From: Welwitschia mirabilis
Taxonomy: Eukaryota
DNA length: 20,000 bases
Assembly (NCBI GenBank): GCA_051453625.1
Contig: JBOZIK010000001.1
Location: 34,137,087 to 34,157,086 of the forward strand
Direction of reading: 5' to 3'
Shown: piece after piece, positions 8,993 through 20,000 of the stretch
Position numbering within the stretch: position 1 is the first letter of the stretch
Layout of the letters: each line of letters begins with the position of its first letter
Notes under the pieces: model-generated
What the model saw: the letters and a program-made list of their open reading frames with translations, nothing else
Database searches by the model: none
Told to the model about the DNA's origin: nothing
Translations under genes and position numbers: made by a program

Positions 8993-9540
8993 AGACGTAT
9001 ATCTGGCCATGCACGTAATTTCAGTTCCCATCTACTCAGTGGTGTTTCGATCGTCAGCCTTTCTCATCCCATGAAAGTCACTTCCACTTGCAATTTGAGG
9101 TAGGAAAGAAAAATCTAATATCTCAGAAAGACTACAGATCCAATAAGAAATCTTAATACTTTAGAAAAAATAAAAAATGACAATCTTAGAGAAAGACAAA
9201 TTTCTAGACCAAAAACTCATCGCATTAAAAAAAAAAAGGAAGAAGAAGAAACTTTTGCATTAAAAATTCCAAAAACCTTTTAAAAAGGAAAATCTTCCAA
9301 TTAGAAAACTTTTGAGAAAAGTAAAACTTCTAAATCAAAGACTCCATAAATCTTTTGAGCACCTCCCTCTCTTTCTACAAATCCTCTTAATTGCCATTTC
9401 ATTTCATTTTCATAATGACTTTGCCTTGCAAATGGTTGGGGCATAGTAAGGCATTGGCCATTTTGTGCCACATGTTCTCTCTTATGCTTTTCTTTTTATT
9501 TGTGGTAGTAGCTTTAATTTATTTCTTTACTATGGTAATG

Positions 9541-10230
9541 TGGTATCATAACAAGTTTAGATCATGGTAGATGATGAAAGAGTGAATGAAAGATAAGCCC
9601 AAAGTCGAGGATATTTATGACAATGATAGAGTTAGAGGAAGAGGTTGTAGATGTAAGGGGTGGGATAGATCAAGCTAGTGATGACCAAGAAAACGTCTGT
9701 ACAGGTAATCCTGAACTTGCCACATCAAATATCCACAAGAGTGCAAGCAATCAAAATCACCTATAGAAGATGAATACTAGTTGAAATAGAAGAAAAGTGA
9801 TGGAGATCTGATCATTAAGGCCATCTTTGAAGAAGTTGAGGATGAAAATAAACAACTATTTTTCCACACAATTTTGCAACTAGGGAGGAAGATCCTGGGC
9901 AATGTTTCATGCTTTAATGGGTTTCTGAATCTAGTTGCTTTAATCAACTAGATTAGAAACATGGAGAATTATCTTGAGTTGGAGTAACTATCAAAAGAAA
10001 GGAAGATCAAGATTGCAGTAACTAGGTTGAAAGGGTTGGCATCTAGTTTGCAGGATTATCTCTAACCAGAGAGGTCTTCATCAGAGATTGTAGAACCTAT
10101 AATAAGGTTTCAAAATAGTACATTAGTATGTAAAGGATTTTCACCAACTTTCAATTCGTGCTAGAAAAGTTAAAAACATTGGTAAGTTAGTGGGCTTGGC
10201 ATTGTAATACAAGATGAGATTTCCATGACT
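9541..10230 (+). mobile_element. Decayed Ty3/gypsy LTR retrotransposon: PBS and gag relic
   Basis: TGGTATCATAAC at 9541 resembles the tRNA-iMet PBS TGGTATCAGAGC. From 9898: FNGFLNLVALIN*IRNMENYLELE*LSKERKIKIAVTRLKGLAS; later DFHQLSIRA and SGLGIVIQDEISM, typical of retrotransposon gag. Confidence 0.8.
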
Positions 10231-13200
10231 TATCAGCCTATTCTAATCTGGACATCACTTTGATCTCAAAGTTGTTTCCATCTATTTTAATCTAACTACT
10301 ACTTTGTTTTTAAAGCTACCTGTTCTAAAGATTGTTATTTTCAGAACTTTATTTTGTTAATTTATTTTTTAATATAGTTAGGAAAGATGCGAAAATTCTC
10401 ATGAATGAAATGTATTTTTAATCCTTTGAATGCTATTAAAATTTCACGTTATTTCATTAAGCTTTCAAATCATTTTCTTTGTTGATTTTCTTTCTTTCTA
10501 TACAAAACTCTAGAAAATTGTTTTTATATAAAAGTCTAGAAAATTGTTATTTTCCTTCGTTTTATACAAAAGTCTAGAAAATTGTTTTTTTAGAATCTTA
10601 GTTTTGGTCTACAATTTTCATACAGTTGAATCAAAAATTGAAATTTGAAATAAAGGCATATTATTCATAGACTTATGTCATATTAAAATTTCAAGATTTT
10701 ATCTTAACACTTCAAAACCTTTCCTTTGTTAGTTTATATACTTAAGGCATTATTTTTAAAAATAGTATCAATTTGTCTTCAAATTACAAAATAGGAAGCA
10801 CAAATCGATTTCCTCAAAATAAGATTTGAACATAAACTTTTGAACAATTTGTTTAAATATTTCAAAGTCTAAAAAAAATCTAAACATTGCAAAAAAACAA
10901 TAGCAACAATCATGTATATGGGTATGTGCATGAATCATGGGCTAGTGAGAATTAATCTCCTACATTCAAAGTATTTCAACATTAAATTCTGAACAATTTA
11001 AACTCACATAGCATTTTCTTTTATTTTATTTATGTAACATTCTTTTTACATAACCTTTAAGAGTATATCCACCATTATTATTTAAATAAATGTTTTTTAA
11101 AAACTTTTTTAAAATTGAAGCCATAATGGCAAAGTTAAGGAAGTACTACTTTATTATTGTTTTAAACTCCATCAATTAACTCCCCTTGAAGTTGAAAACC
11201 ATGAACTTTTAAATGAAAATTTGCCACCACCAAGCCCACCATCCCATCAACCTATGATGCTTCAGAAATTAAATACAAGTTGTCGAACTGTACGTGACGA
11301 TGAATCTCCACGATGGCTATTAATTTACGGAGCGGGCTAAACAGTATATTATCTCATAAGGTGTACAAGTGAAATGCACACCACAAGTTTCAAATTGTAT
11401 GCCACTTGTCATCACCTCAATATATATAGTACATGACTTAGGAGGCAGTTTAACTTCTTTGTTAATTTACTAAGGCAACTTCATGCTATCAGCCTTATCA
11501 TTTCCCATGCAAGTTGATGAATTTCCACGATGACTATTAATGCATCGAAGTCAACTTCATGCAGGCAGCCTAATCATTTTCCACGTAGGGCCAATCACAT
11601 GCAACGTGGATCTGACACCGAACGCAACTGCCATTAGCCACTTGCAGCATACCTGAACTCATGGGGTTCCCGTTTTGGGGATTTCATTATTTATGCCATA
11701 CAACCTCAAACGTGGAACTACTTTTTATCATTTTTTCGAGATTTCTCATTATTTATGCCCCCCATCTCTAACGTGGAGCTAGTTTTCTCATTAAAAGAGT
11801 AAAGGTATTTTAAATCCTTTGCTGGTGTGTAATGCACAAGGGACGTTAAGGGACAAAGAATCATTAAAGATATTTTAAATCATTAACTAAAGTCAAAAAA
11901 ATTTTATTGTATGGGCTTTGGCCATGTGTCGATGGACATTGACTTAGTTTATTTCTATGCTAAAAGTTTTCTCATTTTACAAGGTTTTTACATATTTTTA
12001 AATTTTTATTTTACAAAATTTTTCTTAATTTTATAGAAAGTTATTACTTGTTGTATTTGACAACTTAATCAATTTTACATCATTTTGATGCTATGTGCTA
12101 ATATATGCATTTTCTTTTTAAAATCACATAATTAGTTTGAAGAAATGTGGTTAAAATATACCAGGAATGTGCTTAGGCACTAAATTTGGTAATCCATATT
12201 ATCATTTTGTCTCATTTTTAACATATTCCTTTTAAATAAAAGCTTTATTTATTTGAATGTTTTAAATTCCTCTCCTTCTTTTCTCATTTTTAGTAAGAAT
12301 TTGTGCAAAGTGTAGATTTTCTAAATATGATTAAAGTTTGTTTTGAAACAGGACTTGTTTACAAGTGATTTAATTCTTTTAACATTTCTAAATTTCCACA
12401 TTAGTTTGATAGTTAAATAATGTGTTAAGTAAATTTCACACATTTAAATTAAGATTGACAAATGCATTTAACACTAAAGTGCTTAATTCAACATTTAAGG
12501 TACATGTTATAAGATTAAAGATTTGCATGTTAATGTTATTTGAGTAAGAATTATGTTAGAAGTTGAGAGTATTATATAGTTGATCAAAGGGATTATTGGA
12601 TTTTATGCTTTAGATGAAGAGATCTCAAGTATTATTTCATATAATGAGATGATTACAATGGTAATTTACTTCACTAATCAATCTATTTGTAAACTTCTAA
12701 GAAGATTTTTCAATTTGCCTTCTCTTAAGATGTGAAGTTAGTAGCTATGCCTACAACATTTTGCTTTTTTTGTCAAACAGAACTGACAATTATTTTCCCT
12801 TCTTCTTTTCTTCTTTTGAGTTTAGCAAATGACCATGTATTTATGTTTCCCTACTTCTTCCTTTCCTTTCCACTGAACCTAGAGGATGAAGTAACATGTC
12901 TTAAAAAGTTGGTTAAGGTATTGTAAATTGATAATGAAAGAATGAAGTTTATTACAAGTAATGATGTTGTGAATGGTCAAAATGACTAGCACCATATGTT
13001 GTATAAATATGTTAAGCTTAAAATTAGAAGGCGAAGAACTACTTTAACCATTGATTTTCTCTAGGTATGTAAGGACATGAAGATTAAAAAAGGAGGAAAA
13101 AACAGAATAATAGCATGTCCACACACCAAGTAGATTTTGTGCTTTCCAAGTTTAGCAAATGACCATGGATTTATATTTCCCTCCTTCTCTGTTTCCTCTG

Positions 13201-13469
13201 CATTATCCCCGACAATGAGACAACCTATATCCAAAGGTTGATTAATGTCTTGCACATTGCTAATGTAAGAAGGACAATTTTATTTTTCCTTTTTTGAAAA
13301 AAACTTAAAAGGAAGCTCTTTGAAAACTTGCCATTGCTGCTGCAGCATTTCTGTATACTTGGATTCTCAATTTTTCCCTCCTTTTCTTTCCTTTGTTAAA
13401 CCAATGTCCTTTCCAAATTTTGAATGTTAATCAAATGTTAAGAAGACTTTCATAAGAACTCCTAAAAAA

Positions 13470-13915
13470 CATACTTAATGGACAAAATTTTATCATTAAA
13501 GTAGAACCCTAAACAGAACAACAAGACACAGAGAAGTGACGAGAGATAAGCCCCGCACGGACACACACACAAGACACACGTCCCACCACAGACAAGAGCA
13601 AATATAAAAGTTGGGGGAAAGAGAGAGAGAGAGAAACAAGAGCACTGGCTACGATCAACCGCCAACGCCAAGTCCGAGTCCTCTGCCACCACCGCCGGCA
13701 ACGCGACCGACACCCCTACCTCCACTTGCACCTCTGCCTGCGCCAACCGGAAAACCGGCTTACCATGCTTCTCCGTCTCCATATTGCCTGATGTGGCGCC
13801 CACGCTAGTGACTGCGACTGCGCCGAACAGCATTGTCAGCACAATTGCCGTCTTTCGCTCCGTCTTCAATATTCTGAACATGCTGTTTGAGGAAACGGAT
13901 GCCATTGGGTATGCA
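13470..13915. other. Unassigned CpG-rich island with a 147-aa minus-strand ORF and (GA)n/(CA)n tracts
   Basis: GC and CpG content is sharply higher than the flanks. ORF 13462..13905 has no recognisable domain. TATAAAAG at 13603 (+) and a G|GTAAG donor at ~13764 (-). Confidence 0.45.
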
Positions 13916-14367
13916 TTTCTAGAAACATGATGCCGACCTTCTTAGAATTGTTTATACTTATGATAATAAAGGTTGCCAACAAATAATGCATCTGCTAATG
14001 CTGCTAACGCTGTTGCTGTGTCTGAGAAGAGTGTTATCCAGAGCATCCATGTGGTAGTTATCAATTCCAAGCAGTAACTGCTGTTTTATAAAACCTCTTT
14101 CTGTATTTGCTATTGTTTAACTGTTCACTCACGTTGACATGAATAACCGGAACATAACTGCTGTTATCGCATTATCCATTGCTTTTAACTCCACTTGCTG
14201 GTTTTTTGTGTATTTTAATGTGTTAATTGATTGGAATGCCAAGGTCATAACCTATGTTTAATAGAAAAAAAAAAAAAAAAAATTGTGTCAAGGAAATATT
14301 GAAATAGATGTTCATGTTGACAAACATCCATCCACATAAAGTAAAAACTAGCTTAGATATATGATTC

Positions 14368-14735
14368 ATATACATCTAATATTTGGCCCAAGAGATATCA
14401 ATTTCTATTGTCTTATAGACAAGGGTACTAGCATTAACCTTACTGCATTTCGCCTATACACTAGTGTTGACTTTAACCACAATCAAATATGTCCTACCTT
14501 CAATCGTTGTTAACTTTGGTCGTATGGTCAATGTTGACCATTCACTAAAAGTCAATGCCTTCATCTTGGTCAAATCCAAATTTTCCCGCTTATGAGACAA
14601 GGGTACAAGTATTAACTTAAACACATTTCGCCTACATATTGGTATTGACTTTAGCCACACTCAAAGTTGATTTTGACTTCTGGTAATGTTGACTTTAATC
14701 ATAATGTTGACCATTCATCAAAAAGTTAATGCCTT
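14368..14735 (+). repeat. Two ~178-bp tandem units of the same family as the 695-1148 fold-back arms
   Basis: agacaagggtac recurs at 14417 and 14595. The start atatacatctaatatttggcccaagagatatcaatttct matches the arm at ~705-742. Confidence 0.75.
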
Positions 14736-14767
14736 GGGATCCAATTTGAAGCCTCACTTTTTTGAAC

Positions 14768-15320
14768 TCAAGAAATATTTCTAAGAATGAAGGTCTCAAT
14801 CAAGGTTCTATCCCAACTATCATAGAGTAAAAAGGAATGGAGGGCATTATAGAGCAAGTCTGTGGTTAAGCAACGTAAGGGTAAATTAATTTTAGTACCA
14901 ATATGCTCTAAAATGATGCTAAAAAGGCATTTATATATGTTAAAGGGCTGGCTACATTGTATAATACAAATGATATTTAAATGGATGCTATAAGAATTAG
15001 TAAAATGGGAGGTAGAAAGAATACTGATGATAAAATGGAAAATAGCTACTTGGTTCTTATGTAGATACTTGCATGGCAAAGCTTCTTTCCTATTAGGTGC
15101 ATATTCTACTTGTAATGCATTAAAATAATAGCTAAGGGTTTTTGAAAGTGTAAATGGCAAATTGTCATGGTGTTCTAACCCTAAAATATTCAAAAGATTC
15201 TTTAAGAAAATGGAAAAAGAGGCATGGTGGATATTAGAATAGATTACCCAAGGGTCTTCATCATCTATGTAGGCATTTTTGTAGAATTGCAAGACTTCTT
15301 TTAGGTAATAATATACCCCT
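14768..15320 (-). mobile_element. Degenerate TE-derived ORF resembling plant retrotransposon accessory ORFs ('putative plant transposon protein' type)
   Basis: KEVLQFYKNA...LLNILGL...FNIYKCLFSII...NLPLRCLTTDL resembles the VxxFYxN / ILGL / LPxxxLIT pattern. Motif impression only. Confidence 0.4.
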
Positions 15321-16503
15321 TTCTACTTTAACAAGTATGTTCAATGACATTCCTCAATCCTTTACAAGAAAATAAATGTGAAAAAAGGATAATAAAGAAA
15401 AGAATATCACTTCTTCAAAGAAAGCATCTTGCCTCCCACTTATGGTGGCTACAAGAAATTATGAAAAAGTAGAAAGGCAAGAGAAAAATAGAGGAAAGAA
15501 GATAACTGAGAAGAGGAAGGATAATTTTCCAAAGGTGTGCCAAAATATGAGGGAAAACCAAATAACTATTAAAAAAAAAGTCATTTTGACTCACTAATAA
15601 AGCAAATAGATAGAAGATGTGATCATGAAATTGGAATGTTTCAAATAAGAGCTAATTTGGCTAACAGATGGATCTAGTCACTTGGGAAATGGCTGCACCA
15701 AGTGTGGGATGAAAATTATGCATAGTTTATATAAGAAAATGGTGAAATTTGGGCTATAAAATCCTTGGTTATCGTCACTGATTTTGATACCATTTTTTTT
15801 TTTTTTTTGCCATGGATTAAGTTTTGGATCATGAAGTCACATCATAAGAAAAACAAAGTGTGATTTTTTTGTGCTTTCTCGCTAAAGTAAAATGGCATGT
15901 GAAATGAATGAAATTAAGTGCATGAATGTGGTTAATGGATAAAATAATGGGAATTATGATGCTATCATGCAACTAGTGAATAAATATAATTAAAAAAATT
16001 AAGGAAAATGGCCTATTAAGTGACATTAAAATTTTAAGGTTTTTTTAAATTTAAATTAGTGGATACTTTGTTAAGATAATGTAAAGTAAATAGAAAGAAA
16101 AATATTTTAAAGACAAGAGTAGTTAAGAAACCTCAAGTTACAATTGGTCAAAGGAAGCATACCACTAGAAATTTCTAATCTTGCCTTAAATTTCACATCC
16201 ATTCCCTTCCAGTTCCATTGGAGGCTTACTTTAAACATCGATCATATTTAATATTTAGTATTGTAACATCTTATTCTAATAAAATTAGTGTGTTGTATGT
16301 AAAGAAGTCAATGCTACGTTTTAGTGAATGTCTCTAGCTCTAGTATAAGTTGAGTATGTCATAGATGAATCATTAGAGCTACACTTACAGTAAGTATTCA
16401 TAGTCATGTTGTCATTCATTAACCCAGATAATATTGATTCATAAAATATTTTTCTTCTCTCTCCATAGGCCTCCCCCCCAATCCTCCCTTAAGNNNNNNN
16501 NNN

Positions 16504-16618
16504 CATACTTAATGGACAAAATTTTATCATTAAAGTAGAACCCTAAACAGAACAACAAGACATAGATAAGTGACGAGAGATGAGCCCAGCACGGACACAC
16601 ACACAAGACACACGTCCC
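16504..16618 (+). repeat. 115-bp copy of 13470-13584 flanked by direct repeat tcccttaag
   Basis: 4 mismatches in 115 nt. tcccttaag at 16485-16493 and 16615-16623, with a 10-N gap before the copy. Confidence 0.85.
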
Positions 16619-17040
16619 TTAAGTATCATATTTCATAAGATTTTTTCCTTTGCAAGTTCTTTTGTAAAGCAAAAATAAAGGTTATTACTTGAAAGCTTAA
16701 TTGACAAGTAATTTCATTCCATGAAATGAAAGAGGTAAAGGCACAAATGGAAGTGTAAATATTACCTTTTACCTTTAGATTAATCACATTAGATACTCTA
16801 GTGGATGTAGAGTTTAATAGAGAACTCAAGATAAAGATGAATTTCGTTTGAAAAGAAAAAAGCTTATCTAACCTATACTAAGACATTAAAATGACAAAGA
16901 TTACTTTATTAATAAATCATATGAAATGCCATTAACTAGGATTAGTTAGTCTTATGACTTCATAAGTAGATGGAATAGGTGGATGGTAGGTTTTAAGGTA
17001 ATGACCATTTACTTTAAATTGATTATGGGTTTTGGAATTT

Positions 17041-17132
17041 TCTATGAAGAAAACACCATTAAACAACACTTGCTTAACTATGTAAGGACCTAATCATTCT
17101 ATGAGGAAAACACCATTAAACAACACTTGCTT
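17041..17132 (+). repeat. 35-bp direct repeat, 57-bp period
   Basis: tctatga[a/g]gaaaacaccattaaacaacacttgctt at 17041 and 17098. Confidence 0.85.
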
Positions 17133-20000
17133 TTTTTATTTTTCTCCTAGCTTCATAATTCGTAAGTATCATTTCTAATCTCTTCTAGCTTATTAAGTTG
17201 AATAAGTATATTTTCACTAACTACAATAAGGTTAAGATCCATGTCCTTTATGACCTAATATGTCTTATGCTCAAGCTCCACAGGAAGATGGCATAATTTT
17301 CCCTAAACTAATCTATAAAGTGAGATGCTATTATCATGCAAAAATTAACATTTACATTAAGACATTTAGATCATGTTAGCATTTTTAATTAATTATTATG
17401 ATACTTTTATGCATCTGTAATACCTAAGGCTATAAAGATTTAGTTTTACTAATAATTTATGTTAATGCTATCATTTTTCAGGACAATAGTAGGACCTNNN
17501 NNNNNNNNNNNNNNNNNNNNNNNNNNNNNNNNNNNNNNNNNNNNNNNNNNNNNNNNNNNNNNNNNNNNNNNNNNNNNNNNNNNNNNNNNNNNNNNNNGTA
17601 GGACCTAGAGCATTATGGTAGATAGTAGAGGTGGACTGATCAACTTATGAGGCAGTGCCCATTTTAGGTGTGGCAACATCAATTACTATGCATAAAACAA
17701 TTTAAGACTTACATTCCTAAGTGTTTCTATTGCAAGAAATCCATCTAAAACATATCTGAAGTTAGGTGCTAAATGATAAATATTTTTTAACCGAAACCTC
17801 TCAATTTGGCCTCATGCTTAGAAAACAACCCCATTAGGCTTTGGACACTTTAAATAATAACCCCACTAGGCCTTGAAAACCTTAATTCATAACCTTAATT
17901 TGTCCTATAAATAGCCTACTTTAGTTCAATTAATGGTGTTGATTGTTATTTGATATAAAGAGATTATTAGAGCTTTAGTCATGAGTTCTTTTCCTAGTTC
18001 ATTATTTTTATATCAAGTTGTGATTGTTTCATACTTGTTATGCTTAGATTTCTCAAGGCATGTTAAGTACTTCAAGATTTTATGTATGTGTTTTATTTGA
18101 TCTTTAGTTTCATAACCTAAATCTTTATTTGATGAAGCTTGGGTAAACCATTCTTTTCATGTTTATAATATTCTTAATGTAAAGGCTAGAGTGGCTTCAA
18201 GATATCACCAACACTCATATGGTGGATGAAATTATGCCACTATGCTCGATCTTAATGGATATACTTAACATAAGTTATTAAACTTAAGGAGTGAAGATAC
18301 ATAAGCTTAGTTAAAAAACTCTTACTATCTTTGAATTCATTATTCTAAATGTTGAAGCTATGTCCCATTCTTAAGCTTTCTAATACATTTTAAATGCTAT
18401 TACTCCCTTGCATTGTTCTAGTTTACTACATCTATCCTTATGGAAGAAAGATACTATGACTATATAATAAATAGAGATCCTATTTTATTTAGTAAAAGTT
18501 GTGTCTAACCATGTAGGATTTGTATCTCTAAGATAATCTTACATATTATCATACAGTAACAATAGATACAAGAATAGATAAATTTCTTGATGAATAACTT
18601 TTTGATGTCATTGTTGAGCATAGTGACATGGCATCTACACTGGAACACATACAAAATTTACATTACTATAACACCTTTTAGTTCTTTTTTTAGTTTTATT
18701 TTTGTTAGTTCTTTTCTTTGGTTTTTTTTTTTTAATTTTTTTTCTTTTCTTCTAGTGAGTGGTCTATTATCTAACCTAACTAACTTCTTTTTCTTTTTCA
18801 TTTTTTTCACTAGTGGATTGGTGTTGAGCATGCTAGCACTTGATTTATGAAACCTAATCTATTAACTTATTTTTCTTTTATTTATCTTCTTTTATTTCAC
18901 CCTTTTTATTTTTGTTTTTCTACTTTTCTTTTCTTTTTCTTTTTCTTTTTTATTTATAAAGACTATCTAGAATAGTATAGCAAATCTTCTTACAAGAGCT
19001 AACCTTTTGTAAGCTTTAAGAAAATACAAGAAAAATAATTAAAAAATATCTTTTTCCTTCCCATTTCTATTGCTACCATCTTCCTATTTCTTCTTCTCTT
19101 CTATATGTTAGGTGACTTCCTTAGTAAGCATTTGAAGATAAATTTGAATAAGATCATCATCAACAAAGCTCAGGGAAATGTTTTAATACATGTAATTTTC
19201 TTTCCTACATTGTTATTTCATTACCTTGAATAGTAGTTAAGATTTTTATCATTAGTCCTCTCCATTATTGACGCACAACATTAACTTGTCAATTAGCTAT
19301 AATCACCTACCTTCTCAATTATCTATTATCTTAATACTATATATAATAATCTTTTTTCAAACTAAGTTTACCTCAAATAAATGATGCCATTGTTTAGTGT
19401 CATCAACATCATCAAACTTCTACAACATAATTCTTTCATATTTGGTGAGTCAAATGTTTATAATCTTTTGATACCTTTCATATATTACATGCATCTAAAA
19501 ACTTGATTTTAATTAACTATTTTCTTACATTCACCAAACTAGTAATGTATCTTTAGTAGTATATTTCATTGAATCTCTTAACATGAATGATAATCCTTAC
19601 TCTTTTATATAAAATCATAAAGCTCAGCATTCATTTAGTTCTTAACATAAGAAAACTGTATGAAATTATGTTTGGTGTTAATAATTAGATTCCACTTCAT
19701 GCATTACTTAATTCCCTTATGCTTCTACATGGTACTCGGATACCTTTTCATACAATGATTTACTTCTATCTTACTCTCATAACTTTGAATTTAAAAATTC
19801 TTTTTCTTACCAAGAGAATTTTGAATCTTTACATTTTACCACTCCTTAAAACTCTTATTCCTTATCCTCTTATCAATTTCCTTCACCTTCTAATCCTTAT
19901 TTTTCATTTTCTCATGAACACTATTTACTCTATCCTTCATCTTTTGATCAATATAATTCTTCTTTTAAAACTTAAAAATCCTCTTCAAATTGCTTGGAAG

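Noticed and set aside
10499..10590. Three copies of tacaaaagtctagaaaattgtt as a CRISPR-like array
   Set aside because: Irregular short spacing, eukaryotic context and no cas genes; a simple degenerate tandem repeat.
18587..18850. 87-aa Phe-rich ORF
   Set aside because: Poly-T low-complexity sequence; no coding signal.
17600..20000. Possible old TE coding remnants
   Set aside because: Strand-biased and CpG-depleted, but I could not recover any recognisable motif.

Overview
Fragmented, N-gapped land-plant nuclear scaffold: AT-rich, CpG-depleted and mostly decayed transposon DNA, with a few CpG-rich islands. The main gene is a minus-strand plant laccase (ATG at 8834, TATA box, canonical 152- and 245-nt exons, all four copper motifs). 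As assembled it is broken by frameshifts and a probable young LTR insertion, and its 3' half appears as three overlapping, slightly divergent pieces separated by 100-N gaps. The left end is a nested stack: a decayed Helitron RepHel gene (Rep part ~3240-4200, Pif1 helicase part ~1150-1653) split by a plastid insertion (psbK, trnQ-UUG) and abutted by a ~450-bp fold-back element. Further right are a Ty3/gypsy PBS and gag relic just upstream of the laccase, an unexplained CpG island at 13.5-13.9 kb with a TSD-flanked 115-bp second copy, and a tandem ~178-bp repeat related to the fold-back arms. I see no convincing new multi-gene system; the interest lies in atypical laccase motifs and the TE/organelle layering. 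All family calls are by-eye motif recognition, not database searches.
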